Below are positions 51,606-64,000 of a stretch of DNA of 64,000 bases, piece after piece. The first letter of the stretch is position 1; each line of letters opens with the position of its first letter. This DNA is from Octopus vulgaris. Taxonomy: Eukaryota. A program made the translations under genes and the position numbers. The stretch lies in assembly GCA_951406725.2 (NCBI GenBank), contig OX597815.1:38316001-38380000 (forward strand). The letters are read 5' to 3'. The notes under the pieces are model-generated. The model was not told the origin of the DNA. It worked only from the letters and a program-made list of their open reading frames with translations, and did no database searches.

Positions 51606-54419
51606 ATCGTCGTCTTCATCGTCCATGTTCATTCCACAAGGCAGCTTTATTTATTTCGCTGAGCTCATTTTCACTCATTCTTTCTTTCTCCTTCTGTACC
51701 TCTCTCTCACATACACACCCTCCACACACATGCATATATAATTTTATATACTCTCATTTTTGCGACCTGCATTATACAATAAATTAAATACATAGGATTT
51801 CGAATCATCAAAGGGATCCTAAACCACCTAAATGAGAACGTTTCACTTATACTAATCATTTATCATCGCAAAAGAGTAAATGTTTGAAGGCCCCTAAAAC
51901 TATTACGATGAATCTCTTCTGACAAATACTTCTATTCGCTTTCAGCAGAAGTATTCAGAGGAATGTGAAAAGAAAAGGAACATTAGCCGATACATATGTA
52001 GCTACATCCATAATAAAATTTCTCTTGACAAATATAACTTGCTCTTACCACATAGCTATTATAAAATATTCAATAAGCGAACAATATAATTTCATACTCC
52101 ACAACACCTAACTTCTACCAATCTGTCATGTCTTCCACCCTTTCCAACTCGCTGAACTTGAAACACTCTTCACATTGTAACAGTATCAGTCCCACCTCGT
52201 TGATTTTTTAGATTCGAACTGTTTATCTGAAGACACTATGTATTAGTATAGAATCTTAATCTACGAAGTTTAAACTCTCTCTTACAGCTAATACATGGAA
52301 AATAAGGGAAAATCAGTATACCTTTTTTAAGATTCAACTCCAAATGTAGAAAATCATCACTCTTCCTTTTTATCTGGGGACTCAAAATTAAAAATATTCA
52401 ACTGTACCTGGGCTAGAATATCGTTACTAAAGCAGTAGAATTCATACGGATGTTTTGTTTTTGTTTTGGCATAACATTTGAAATTTAAAATATTGCTTTT
52501 TCACCCACAAAATATTTAAAACTTAGATACGTCTCAGTAGTGTGTCCTATTTTTATTATAGACTCTTATTGTCAGTATTCATTGTGTGTGCGCGCGCGCA
52601 TTTGCTCATTCATAACTTTTTAAATCTTATAATGCATGCATATTTACTGAGACCCAGTCAAGAAACTATTACAAAAACATCAAATACATACTGCTGTTTG
52701 AACATAAATCTACTGAACTAGAACATTGCTCTATTATATATCAGTCACTTACAATTATCCACAAAACCATTTCTGGTCTTAAACCTATTCATTATTCCTT
52801 ACTATTCTTAGGGAACTTACAATTATTCATCTATCACTTCTGCATTACATCTACGATCCTGTAGTTTTGTAGTTGTTCATAACTTTAGTTTTCATTAACG
52901 GTTTTAGTTACATCCCGTTTATTGGTTGTTTCTCCATTTTAGTTATCCCAACCCCCTTGTGTTGTCTACATACCCTTTTGTTTTAAGTACTAGATCTATC
53001 TTATCACTTTTCATTTCCGTTTATCCGTCTTATAACGGTCTATCGCTAAGGTCTCATTTTATTATCTTTCATTTCGTTAGCGTTCAATAAATCTATGTGC
53101 ATCATTATTCAGTCACTGACTTTGATGATCACCAATCTTCTTATACAATCAAATAGAAAAGTATTGTTTCTTCTTAGTAGTATTTTACCGATTTAATCAC
53201 ATTAATCAGATTTAAAATTTAAAACGTGTTTTTAAAGCGAATTTTATATCTTACGTTTTATGTTGAATAACCTTATCTTAATTCTTCTAGATGATCATTC
53301 TTAATAGCACTAAATTACTTTACTCATTTTAACACCTCGCTAGTTTTATTTTTTTATAACTCTAGTATTTTCCACATAGCTTTGAAATAAATTATTTTCA
53401 ACGTTTTTGTTTCGCTATTTTCTTTTTTCGAATCTTTTGAGATCTTTGAACTTAGCTGATTCTCTTTGTTATCCACCCAGCCCTGTCGCCACAAACCATT
53501 TCACCTCCTTACGCTACACTGCTTACTCACACCTACTTCTGTTTTGTTTCTCTCTTCTTTTTCTACTTCCTCAGCTTTATCCATTTCAAAACAAGGTTTA
53601 TAACTTGTATTTTTAATTAAATAATATTATTATTGACTTAAAAGAGAGCTAATTGATTAAAGCGACTCTTAGGATGCGTTACATTACTTTTTCTGATTCT
53701 CTTCGTTGTGAGTTCGAATTCCGCCAAGGGCAAATTTTCCTTTAACCTGTACAGTCGCGAAATGATGTACCGGTTAATTATTTGGTCGATTATTCTTTCT
53801 CTCTTTCTGCCTGTCTGTCTGCTCTCTCTCTCTCTCCCTCTCTCTGTTTCTCTTCCTCTCTCATTCACAATCGGCTGCGTTCCTGTGTAAGAAAATGAGC
53901 AGACATAAACGTGAGGAAAAAGACGAATAATGATGCTTAAACAGAAAATCATGGCTCAACTACTCATAGACATCTGGATTGATACGAAATTCGCTAAGGA
54001 AAATTCATTGTGCTAAATGGCACAGTCCAGAAATTAAAAGCAGTAAAAATAATCTAAAGAAATCTTGATTATTTAAATTCTTAAGATATTATTAATTAAA
54101 GTGATTTTAATAATATTTATCGATTAATTGTGTACGAGTACCTCTCACACAACTAGAGTACCCATTTCAGGTGTTTTCCTCACATTGTTAATATGTTTGA
54201 TGTCTTAAGCTAACATTTTACAGCGCTCAATTCTACCCTCTTTTCCAGTGCTACATATCATCACCCTTCCTTTTTCTTTCCTATGCTTATTCTTCTCACA
54301 CACCACAGACCTCAGGTTCCGTCCCCATCAACTTCTTACATTTTTATTTCTTTATCAACCTCGCTTACTCCTTCAAAGTTTGTGTCCATTCTCTTTCTCC
54401 TAATCTAATCTTCTTGTCT

Positions 54420-54870
54420 TGAGACAGCATTCACTCGGGGTGGGTTGAGCTAACTTCATTCATCCTCAATGCTGCATCTCTACAAACGCCGACCAGACCT
54501 GGCGATTTGAGGCTAACGACCGCGTGATCTTCAACCACTCCTCATTTCAGCGGCGAACGCCGTAGATACGAGAGTATCCAGATCAGCCTTGACTGTCATC
54601 AGACAGGTTTTTCGTTGTCCACCACATCACTTTCACCAACCCTGAAGGGAAGCTGGGGCAATTGCTTCGTAGATGAATTCTCATGGTTGACGACGGAGGG
54701 CATGACCCAGCCAATGCAGACGTCTCCTTAGGATGACTTGTCGGAGGGAAGTGATTTTGCACTGGTGTCGCACCGAATTGTTGGAAAAAAGTGATGCTAT
54801 CGGACATGAAGGATGCGGCGTAGATAGGGGTGATTGAAGGATTGAAATCTGATCCCTCGTTCACAGTCTT
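54420..54870 (-). mobile_element. RTE-clade LINE 3' fragment
   Basis: RRLHWLGHALRRQP, GGQRKT, IYGVRR*NEEWLKITRSLASNRQVWSAFV. Confidence 0.75.
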
Positions 54871-55229
54871 CATTGAAATGTTCTTTTACTATATATTTTC
54901 GAAAATCATGCTCTTCTCTGTTTCCTTCTACTTTTGCACAACACTTTGGAAGAGCTTGATCTCTCCCACCAATTTCATATTACGGATAATTTCTACATTC
55001 TGAATTCAACTAGTTTCCTCCTACGAATCTGGCCAAAGAGTAAGGAAAGCAATAAATTAAATTTATTCTACTCGAATTTAGCGTTGTTTTCTTTAATTAT
55101 AAACCGCTGGGAAAAATTATTCCCAATTAGATATATACGTGTGTGTATAGGTATACACACACATACATACACACACACATACATTAATACATACATACAT
55201 ACACACACACACATACATACATACATACA

Positions 55230-55261
<32 letters not shown>

Positions 55262-55864
55262 CATACATGCAATCACTCAAACAGTCGCACACACTCAAAA
55301 CCAGAGTTTGTTAATAATTTATTTAGTTACGTCATGTTATATTTACTTTATTAACGACGATATGCAGAATATGTGAAAAAATTCATAAACAGATTATATT
55401 ACTGAATATTTAGGGATGTAACAACCGTAATTAACTCTCAAGTTTATAACATACCCTTTTCACTCGACGTTTATCTAAATTTTTTGACCCATTTTTAATA
55501 CTGTCATTTAGGTCGTTGATGACATAACACTGTTCAATATCCATTATACCTCTGTAATTTACCTTTGTTATGCAATGTCTGAAATTTGGTGATATCATCT
55601 ATCTGTAAGGGCTTTTCTTATATAACGGATATTATTATTAATGAAACCCATATGAAATAACCTAACTAATCAATTTATTAACAAAGTTTCCCGTCTATAG
55701 GAAGTAGCAAAAGTTGTATTGCATTACCAGCTCTCTTCACAGCTTCCTTTATCAATATATATGGATGAACATGGAGCTCTAAATACAGACTAAATGTTAT
55801 GCAATTTGCTTTCAAATCGGCCTATATAAATTTCTATATCTATACATATATCATAATGCATACA

Positions 55865-55900
<36 letters not shown>

Positions 55901-56017
55901 TGTATGCATTATGATATATGTATATACACACATGTATACTAATACAAACATATATGTATATACACAACGCGCACGCACACGCACACACGCATACACACAA
56001 ATAGACAGGCACACACA

Positions 56018-56052
<35 letters not shown>

Positions 56053-56475
56053 AGGATATTCGTTACATTGTTTTACTTTGAAATATTAACAAGAATGACA
56101 TGCAGATAGTATTATATGATGAGATTTCTTAAAATAATTTGTCTTTAAATCCATTCTGAATACGAATCATTAAGATTCCACAAATAGTAAAGTTAACAGT
56201 TTCAAACAAAATTAGGCCACAACAAAAAGAATATAAATATTATTTTAATAAGTATGGTGATCAAAAATCAAAATTTCAAAGCATTTGTGATATGTGTGTA
56301 GGAAGTAATGTTGGTTTTAAAATATCTCATGCCAATGGGAAATCATTTCTATAAAACACCATAACCTTCTATATTTTAAAACGTCAATCAATAAAAATGT
56401 TTAAATAACACATTATCAAAGTAAAGAAATGATAAATAAATAGATTTTTATAGAAACACCGCATATATATATATT

Positions 56476-56517
<42 letters not shown>

Positions 56518-56689
56518 TGTGTGTATGTGTGTAATAAATGAAAGTTTACTTTTTCAGATAATTCAGTTATCAAATACAAACACCCATAGATGTGTATGTG
56601 TCGTTGTGCTTGTCTTTGTATGTATGTGTATGTGTTTGTTCGTCGGTATATCTTTATGTGATGATAGACAGTTATTATTTCACATTGAC

Positions 56690-57239
56690 ATTACTCTGAG
56701 ATTCATACAATGAAAAAGCACCAACCACGCAACACGTGTAGAACATATACAGCACCAAACAAGATAATACCGCATAAAATGTGTGGACTTAGCGCAAATG
56801 ACAAAAATAATGCGATAACCTAAGAGATCGCGAAATAAAAGTCTAAGAAATAACAACGATACGGTATTCGAACATATATCTAAGTGTGCTGAACAAATTA
56901 AATCTTCACAAATTAAAGCTTCTGTTTCTGGTTTTAGAGCACTTTCCACATCCTTAACCACCTCTTCTCTAAAACTGTTTTGCTTCTGTATCCCTGTAAA
57001 ATTGCCCATATATCTCCTTTTCTTTCCATCTTCTTTCGGTTTCCGTTCGCTTCTCCTTCTTATTTTTAGACGTTTCTTTGTAATCTCCAATTTCCCTCTG
57101 ATTTGACTTTTTGACTTCTAACAACAATGGTTCAGTAGCATTGTTTAACTACCAAGCTTCCCTAGTCTCTTCTTTCACACTTCCTTCACCCTTTCATTTA
57201 TAATCCTTTTACATCCCTACTCCGATGAAATTATCTTGA

Positions 57240-57240
<1 letters not shown>
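56690..57240 (-). mobile_element. Dong/R4-like LINE fragment with deletions
   Basis: LKPETEALIC motif; abuts (ATT)n at 57240-57322. Confidence 0.6.
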
Positions 57241-57325
<85 letters not shown>

Positions 57326-57719
57326 GCGGTGCCCCAGCCTGGCCACAGCTTGTGAGCTGAAACTAGATAAATAAAAAATAAAAAAATAAATTATTATTAT
57401 TATTCGTACTGTGTACATGTGTCTTCTTGCTCGTAAGGTTAACCTTTAATTTGTGTCTCCAAAAGTTAACCTTATTTGGTTACAAAATTCTTGCTAAAAC
57501 CATCAACATTGCATTGGATTGGTTTGACTGTTTCTTTGTGCCACTTTAGGGGTGCAATTTCGAAAAGAGACTTTTCGTTTTGTTTTTTCAAAAAATATTT
57601 TGTCATGTCGACTCCAGCTTTGTTAAAAGACGTGGAAGAAGAAGAGATAGCTGAGATAGAGAGTTGCAAGACACCTTACACAGGTTCACCTTTTACCCTC
57701 AAATAGAAGGTGAGATGAG

Positions 57720-59805
57720 CAGTCACCAAGTTCAAAGAACAGTCGATCACACTAACAGCAGCGTCAAAGCAGCAAGGGAATTTCAATCAATATCTATAAA
57801 GCTGAAATGCGAAAAAGTTGTTTGATTTCTTGGTTATCTGCCTCATTTTGGTGGGAACGGTTTTAGGGGCGGTAGATGGGGTCGGATTGGCGCCGAAATT
57901 CACACTGGGGTGTGCAATGGTGTGAAGAGGGTTGTAAGTCGCTCGGGGCTACCGTTTGGTTACCAGTGTGAGGAATATGGGAAAAATTAAGTTTTATTGG
58001 ATAGACAGGTTGCGCTGTTTGAGTAATGGCTTTTCGTGTTGCTGCAGGGGCTAGAGGCGGTTATCTTTAATTGTGGGTGTAAACATTTGGGGGATTTTGG
58101 AAAGTGAGTAAAGAAGAGGGCAATAAAAAGAACCAGGCAAAGAAGAGGAACAAAAGAAGAAAGGGGAAAGGAGACAACACGCACGAAGCAACACCACCAC
58201 TAAAACCCGAGCGAAGCACAGGTCAAAATAGCTAGTTCAATTATAAAACTGACTTCACCGCAAAAAAATGAGACAATCCAAAAGACACCAACCAAAAGCA
58301 ACAACAATAAACTGACGAGCACAGTTGCTAGCGACTCCACCACCACCACCACCACGACCATGACTGCACCTACAAGAATTAAGATAGAGGATAAAACGAA
58401 AACAACAGTAGCCCCGACAACTTAAACGACAACAGTATTTTCATTGTGCGTAACAACGGCAACATCAATAAGAATGTGAAAATCACAGCTGTACAGGATG
58501 GGCACCCTACAGATGGATACATATCTTGCCCAATCAGCCTTAGTCATAAAGCTGAAAAGGGCGCGGGTGGATATTGCCAGCTATCACGAAAGAAATAAAG
58601 AGTCTATAAACACAAAGCGGCCACGGACGGCTAGTAATGCTCGATATTCTGCATACATCGAGAGCCAAGAAATTTTCAGTCGTTTTAGTGCTCTTCTAGA
58701 CTGACGTTATTGTCGCCAAATACTCCGTGGTTATTTGTCGATATGAAAAATATGTGCACTCCCCATCGTTTTTAGGAAGCAGGACAGTGAAGATAAATAC
58801 CTCAGTAATTCCACCCCAAGTAAATTTAGAGTGTATCGATTTGAAAAGGAGTAACAACCACCTCTAGGTGAATCGTCGTGAAACATTGGTCTGGGATAAG
58901 TGTGGAGGTGCTACACTACATTAGGCCAGACAAGATCCACAAGATATCAGATCCCATTCACTTCCCAGGAGCAGAAGAACTGCATGCCACGATTGTTAGT
59001 AGGAAGCCACTGTTCCACTTCTGTAGAGTGACAAGCCACTTGAGAGCATTGTGTCACCCAAAAGAAGACAGGGAACCATAGGACCGTCTTGCTGCCAATA
59101 CCCCAAAAGCCCCAGTCAATAAACCAGCAACGATCAACAACAAAAGCGTCTGCAACAATAGTATCAGCAACAATAAGAACAGCAATAGAACATCAACAAC
59201 AACAGCAGCAGCAGCAGCAGCAGCAGCAAAAACAGTAGCAACAGCAGCCGTTCAAGAATTTGGACCTGGAGATCTCCATTTCCAGCGACTTCGAGGGCCA
59301 CTTCCCAGTGGTGTCGGGCGTCAACGAAGAGCCCTCGACTACAACAAGACGACCAAAGTTTTTTTTCCAAGGTCTGGGGTCTCGCACCCCTAAGCCCTAG
59401 ACCATCACCTAATCACCCTTACCCGTCTTGTTGCTTAACAACAACAACAACAACAACAACAGCAGCAAAACCAATAATAACAGCAACACCAACAATACCA
59501 AGAACACTAGCAGCAGATACATCACCACCTTTCAGAGCGGAAAGAATGATAGTAACGGACAAACATGACACCTAGGGTCTCTCTCATCCTCTCTCTATGT
59601 CTCTCTTTCTCTCTCCCTCCCTCTCTCCCTCCTCTAAACGCAAATTCACACATAGACTAGCACCTTGATTCCACAGACACGAATACTCTTGCATCACGCA
59701 GTGAAAACAAGAGTGAAGTCAAACACCAAAGAGCCCCAAAATAAAACACAAGGCTCCACACCAACATACACACACACACACACACACATACACACACACA
59801 CACAT

Positions 59806-59847
<42 letters not shown>

Positions 59848-60345
59848 ATACACACGCATACACACACATACCAAAAACAGAACTATGCCAACAACAGCCT
59901 CATCCATACCTACAACAACATAAACCCCTACTGCATCACTCGACACATTTATCGCAATCTCAAAGAGATCTACCAACATTATCACAACTGCAAGAAACCA
60001 CGGAAAGACAACTCCTTTCAACAGCAAAAATAAAACATATAAACACATAATTTCGTGCTAAAGAGGAGGGCCAACAAAACCTTGATAAACCTCATACCAC
60101 GAAGGAAAGTCATCTTGAGATGGCGTGATATATTTGGCGCTTTCACAGTTCAAATGCCTCTGGGAACATATAAAACTGTTAGGGAGAGCTTCCTTCGGTC
60201 TGTGGGAACTCCTAAGGTAAAAGCCACGAATGGGCCTTTAATGGGGTTCCTAAAGGGACCCCCAAAAGTGTTGGAGATTGAACCACCTGAACTCCGGCGG
60301 CACCCGCGGGGAGGAGTAAACTCCCAAAATGAAACAAACAAATTT
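57720..60345 (+). mobile_element. Decayed L1/Tx1-like or ORF1-only retroelement
   Basis: GC-richer leader, Thr/Gln-rich low complexity, knuckle-like VSRKPLFHFCRVTSHLRALC, structured GC-rich end at 60055-60335; no RT seen. Confidence 0.4.
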
Positions 60346-60679
60346 TTCGCATTTCAGCTTTATAGATATTGATGAAAAGTGGAGGGAAGGAAGGAAAGAG
60401 AGAGATCGAGGAAGTCACCGTGATATCCGAAAGGGAGAAACGACAAACACTTGTTTGTATGAGTTGTCTGTGAGGTTGTGTGATATTGGTTCGGGGGAAC
60501 GGTGTTATTGTTGCCTCCGATTGTTGTGTGTGTGTGGAATCTATGGTTGTTTTCGTTTGTGGTGTGTGTAAAATTTCTGTATGTGATATATTTTTGTTTC
60601 GAATTGCTTCTATGTGGGATGTTGCTTGACTTAGTGTTTTTTTTTTGCGTTTGTCTTGTGTTCGGTGGGGTCCAGTAAT

Positions 60680-61790
60680 TTTGGTTCATGGAACTTTAGA
60701 CTACAAGAGCTCAAAAACACCCTAATTGACAGACACTACCCAGCTCAACTCATAGAGGATGGGATCAGACCTGCAACAGAAATTGACATAGAAACTTTGA
60801 GAAAAGTTCAACACAACAACACACCTTCCCCGAAAATACTGCCTTACATATCCACATACAACCCCAGAAACAAAGAAGCCTTCTCCATCATCACCCAGAA
60901 TTTACCAATACTTCATAAGGACCCCAAATTAAAGGAAATTCTAAACATACATAAAATCATTAAAAGCTACAAACAACCTAAATCACTTAAAAAGATTCTC
61001 ACAAAGGCAAAACTGTTTTCTGAAATTACGGATGCAAAAGTTAAAAAATGTGGTAGACCAAACTGCGCAACATGCCCAAACCTTCTAGAAGGATCAGAAT
61101 TCCTCTTTAAAGAGGGACAAAAATTCAAGATCAAATCTAATTTTACTTGTGCTTCTGAAAACATAATTTATGTCATAAGATGCTCGGGCTGCCACCAAAA
61201 CTACGTGGGGTCCACGGGACTATCACTCAGACGTAGATGCACACTGCATCAACAACAGATTGCATACCCAGAATACAGAATGATACCCTTTAGTGAGCAT
61301 ATTGAGAAATGCGCAAAGTAACTACTACCACAATTTTTAATCTTTCCATTTTATCAATGTGCTATTGGAACACCAACACAAATTAGACTAAACAAGGAAA
61401 CATTCTTCATTCAAAAATATAAGCCCAAACTTAACCACTCTAAAATTATTATACAGAGAAACTCACCCCATTAAATAAAAGAGACAAGAAATATAAAGCG
61501 ATTATCACCCTTACACCGGAAGAAATCACTTATTACCTCCCCTTACCTAGAACTCTTCTTTACACTTCATAACGAAGACATAACACGATGTTTTGAGAAA
61601 TTTGAAAAGTTAACACGAAACCGATAATTTCTTCAAAAAATATGTCACTGTATGAAAAAATTTTATAACATTCTTCTGACATAATGACTCAATATATTTT
61701 TTAACCTTTTAAAACAAGCCTTCTGTAGTTTTTTCACTTTTTACTATTTTCTATATATTCAACCACGTGCTTTCACACACCAACTTTCTC
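60680..61790 (+). mobile_element. Penelope-like element 3' part (Neptune-type linker + GIY-YIG)
   Basis: ORF 60656..61321: RHYPAQLI, LPYISTYNP, CGRPNCATC, FTCASENIIYVIRCSGCHQNYVGSTG..LRRR..H..EH. Confidence 0.9.
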
Positions 61791-61941
61791 ACCTATATAT
61801 ATATATATATATATTATATAGAGGGCATTATTACACATAAATGCCACACGCTAGGAGGGACTTTTAAAGTCATAACTACAAAAAATAAACAAATCGTACC
61901 GAATGCAGCTCTCGAAGCAAGACATTTAAAAACAGGATTTA

Positions 61942-62005
61942 GTTCCAGATCACCTGTCATTTCGCAATTAACGTATTATCTACGTCTCTTGCTCTTCAGT
62001 GAAAC
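61942..62005 (-). ncRNA. Type I hammerhead ribozyme (mirror copy)
   Basis: Reverse complement of 62128-62191 with one stem III change (TGAC instead of TCAC). Confidence 0.7.
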
Positions 62006-62127
62006 GAATTCAAAATATATCATGAATGAACAAAACTAACATACCAGGCGGAACCAGACAGACAACCGTCGCCTCCATCTGTCTGGTTCCGCCTGGTATG
62101 TTCATTCATGATTCATATTTTGAATTC

Positions 62128-62191
62128 GTTTCACTGAAGAGCAAGAGACGTAGATAATACGTTAATTGCGAAATCACAGGTGATCTGGAAC
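62128..62191 (+). ncRNA. Type I hammerhead ribozyme with canonical core
   Basis: GTTTCA-CTGAAGA-GCAA(gag ACGTA gataa TACGT taa)TTGC-GAAA-TCAC ag GTGA-TC-TGGAAC; stems I-III all pair; predicted cut after C62185. Confidence 0.8.
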
Positions 62192-62424
62192 TAAATTCTG
62201 TTTTTAAATGTCTTGCTTCGAGAGCTGCATTCGGTACGATTTGTTTATTTTTGGTAGTTATGACTTTAAAAGTCCCTCCTAGCGTGTGGCATTTATGTGT
62301 AATAATTCCCTCTATATAATATAAATAAATACTTTCAAGTGAAAAAATTTACAGATTTTTTCTCTTATGAGGTTTTTCACGCTAACTACCTGATAATTTC
62401 TTATTAAGATTTTATCCTATTTTT

Positions 62425-62464
<40 letters not shown>

Positions 62465-62465
<1 letters not shown>

Positions 62466-63440
62466 TCTCAAGTTTTTATCGCTTGATCTAGGGCTGCTAT
62501 AATTAGGCTCTCTGTTTCTTTCGTCAATTGCCCCTTTTGTCACTAAGCCTACGATTTTGTCCCGCATACGTCTTCAGTGGATCTCTTCAATCTGTTTGAC
62601 GTGCACTCTTTGTATTTCATTCTTGTCCTTTTCTCTCCTATGACGCGTTCCATCACTTGTACTTTATTAGATGCCTTTAGTAGTTTTTCAGTGCTGCTCT
62701 GTAAATACTCTACTAGACTTCTTTTTTCACCTGTATACAATATTCTACTGCTAGCAACCCTCTTCCACCCTGGTCTCTCCTCAAGTACAGCTGGTTGATA
62801 TCAGCTTTCGGATGGTGGATTCCATCTTTCTTATTTTTTTCTGTCAAGTTTCTTTATATCGTTTCTGGCCCGGCCTATAATTCCAATTCCATGTCTGATT
62901 AAGGGTACTGCTTTTGAATTCATTACTTCAATGAGAGCTTTGGAATTCAGTTTTGACTGAAATAGTTTTCCGTCTCTCCTTGTGTATTCTCTACTGGTAG
63001 TTTGTTTCACTTCTTCATTGTTTATCTCGTCCTTTTCCATTATTCCCAAGTACTTATACCACTGTCCTTTCTCAACCATTCTCATTGTTTGCTCATTTGT
63101 CATTTCCCTTGCTTCTTTCAAACTTTCCTCGTTTCATTTTCAATATACCATACTTTTCTATCCCAAATTCCATACCTACATCATTTGAGAAAATGCTTAT
63201 AATATGTACCAGGCTTTCAAACCGTTTCTCATTTTTCGCATCAACCTTTATATCATCCATGAAATGGAGATGATTTATTTATCTGACCATTTCTTTTTCT
63301 CAGATCGTAAGCAATTTTAACTTTCCGTAGTATTATAGTGAGTGGTGTTATGGCTAATACGAATAGAAGTGGAGATAAGCTATCACCTTGGTTATTCCAC
63401 GTCTAATGTTCACTTTTCCGAAATTTTGCTGTCGCTTCTG
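62465..63440 (-). mobile_element. Dong/R4-like RT fragment, decayed
   Basis: QGDSLSPLLFVLAITPL, INHLHFMDDIKV, YKYLGI, SKLN..IEVMNSKAVPLIRHG..KKLDRK. Confidence 0.85.
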
Positions 63441-63444
63441 CCCT

Positions 63445-64000
63445 ACTGACAGATTTAAAGATAGCAACAAAAAAAGATAACATTCACGTAATAGACCGTT
63501 CTAAATAGAAGAAAAAGAACCAAATAGCGAAGTATTCTTGCAAGAGAGAGAGTGATGTTCAAAACTTAGGAGCACTCTACTCTGGCGGAAGAAAAACCAA
63601 ACAAGGATTCAATTAAAATAGGAACCAAATTCTATCCGCAGATATATTCTGAAGAACAGATTGTTTTGATTGAAGAACCCAATTCACTCTATATTGGCCA
63701 TATTACCCCTGGTTGTGATCAGTCATCAGCTGTTGCATGAACGATATTATCATTCTTTAGTGAAAAAGATGTTGCTTTCGATGATTTAACTGTGTTTGGC
63801 TGTGATGAGACGAATGTGAATGTCGGAATCCATAATGGTGGCATTCGATCGCTAGAAGAAAGTACTGAGCGTCCATTCCAATGGCTAATCTGTTTCCTTC
63901 ACACAAATGAATTATCGTTGAGAAATTTATTCATATGTATTGATGGATCAACATCAGGGTCATCGAGCAACTCAGGAACGATTGGAAAGGAAATTAAAGA
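63445..64000 (+). mobile_element. hATm-like DDE transposase remnant (runs off window)
   Basis: ALYSGGRKNQT, EEQIVLIEEPNSLYIGH, GCDETNVNVG..GGIR, PFQWLICFLHTNEL.LR.LF..IDG..SG...SGTIGK; contains stops. Confidence 0.8.

Larger units (their letters stand above)
61811..62430. mobile_element. Penelope-type fold-back in (TA)n: inverted pLTR pair plus tail
   Basis: 61811-62063 is a near-perfect reverse complement of 62078-62321; (TA)n on both sides. Confidence 0.85.

Overview
Eukaryotic, AT-rich, repeat-saturated genomic DNA with no intact host protein-coding gene. The SINE families, dense (TA)n/(CA)n/(TAA)n microsatellites and TE repertoire look like an octopus (coleoid cephalopod) genome; this is recognition from memory, not a database result. 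Most listed ORFs are microsatellite artefacts. Recognisable content: a near full-length decayed HERO/R2-superfamily non-LTR element (7.6-11.0 kb); six Dong/R4-like LINE pieces, four stacked in one (TAA)n array (26.4-31.6 kb); several Penelope-like elements with inverted pseudo-LTRs sitting in (TA)n/(CA)n tracts and carrying minimal hammerhead-ribozyme motifs (best at 62128-62191); a Gypsy LTR+PBS+gag remnant; RTE and L1/Tx1-like fragments; three mariner remnants; a piggyBac MITE; non-autonomous Helitrons; a hATm-like transposase; and four tRNA-derived SINE families. Between the TEs are three decayed GPCR-like coding relics and CpG-poor, coding-like tracts of unknown, possibly viral, origin. 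Boundaries are read by eye and approximate unless terminal motifs are quoted.
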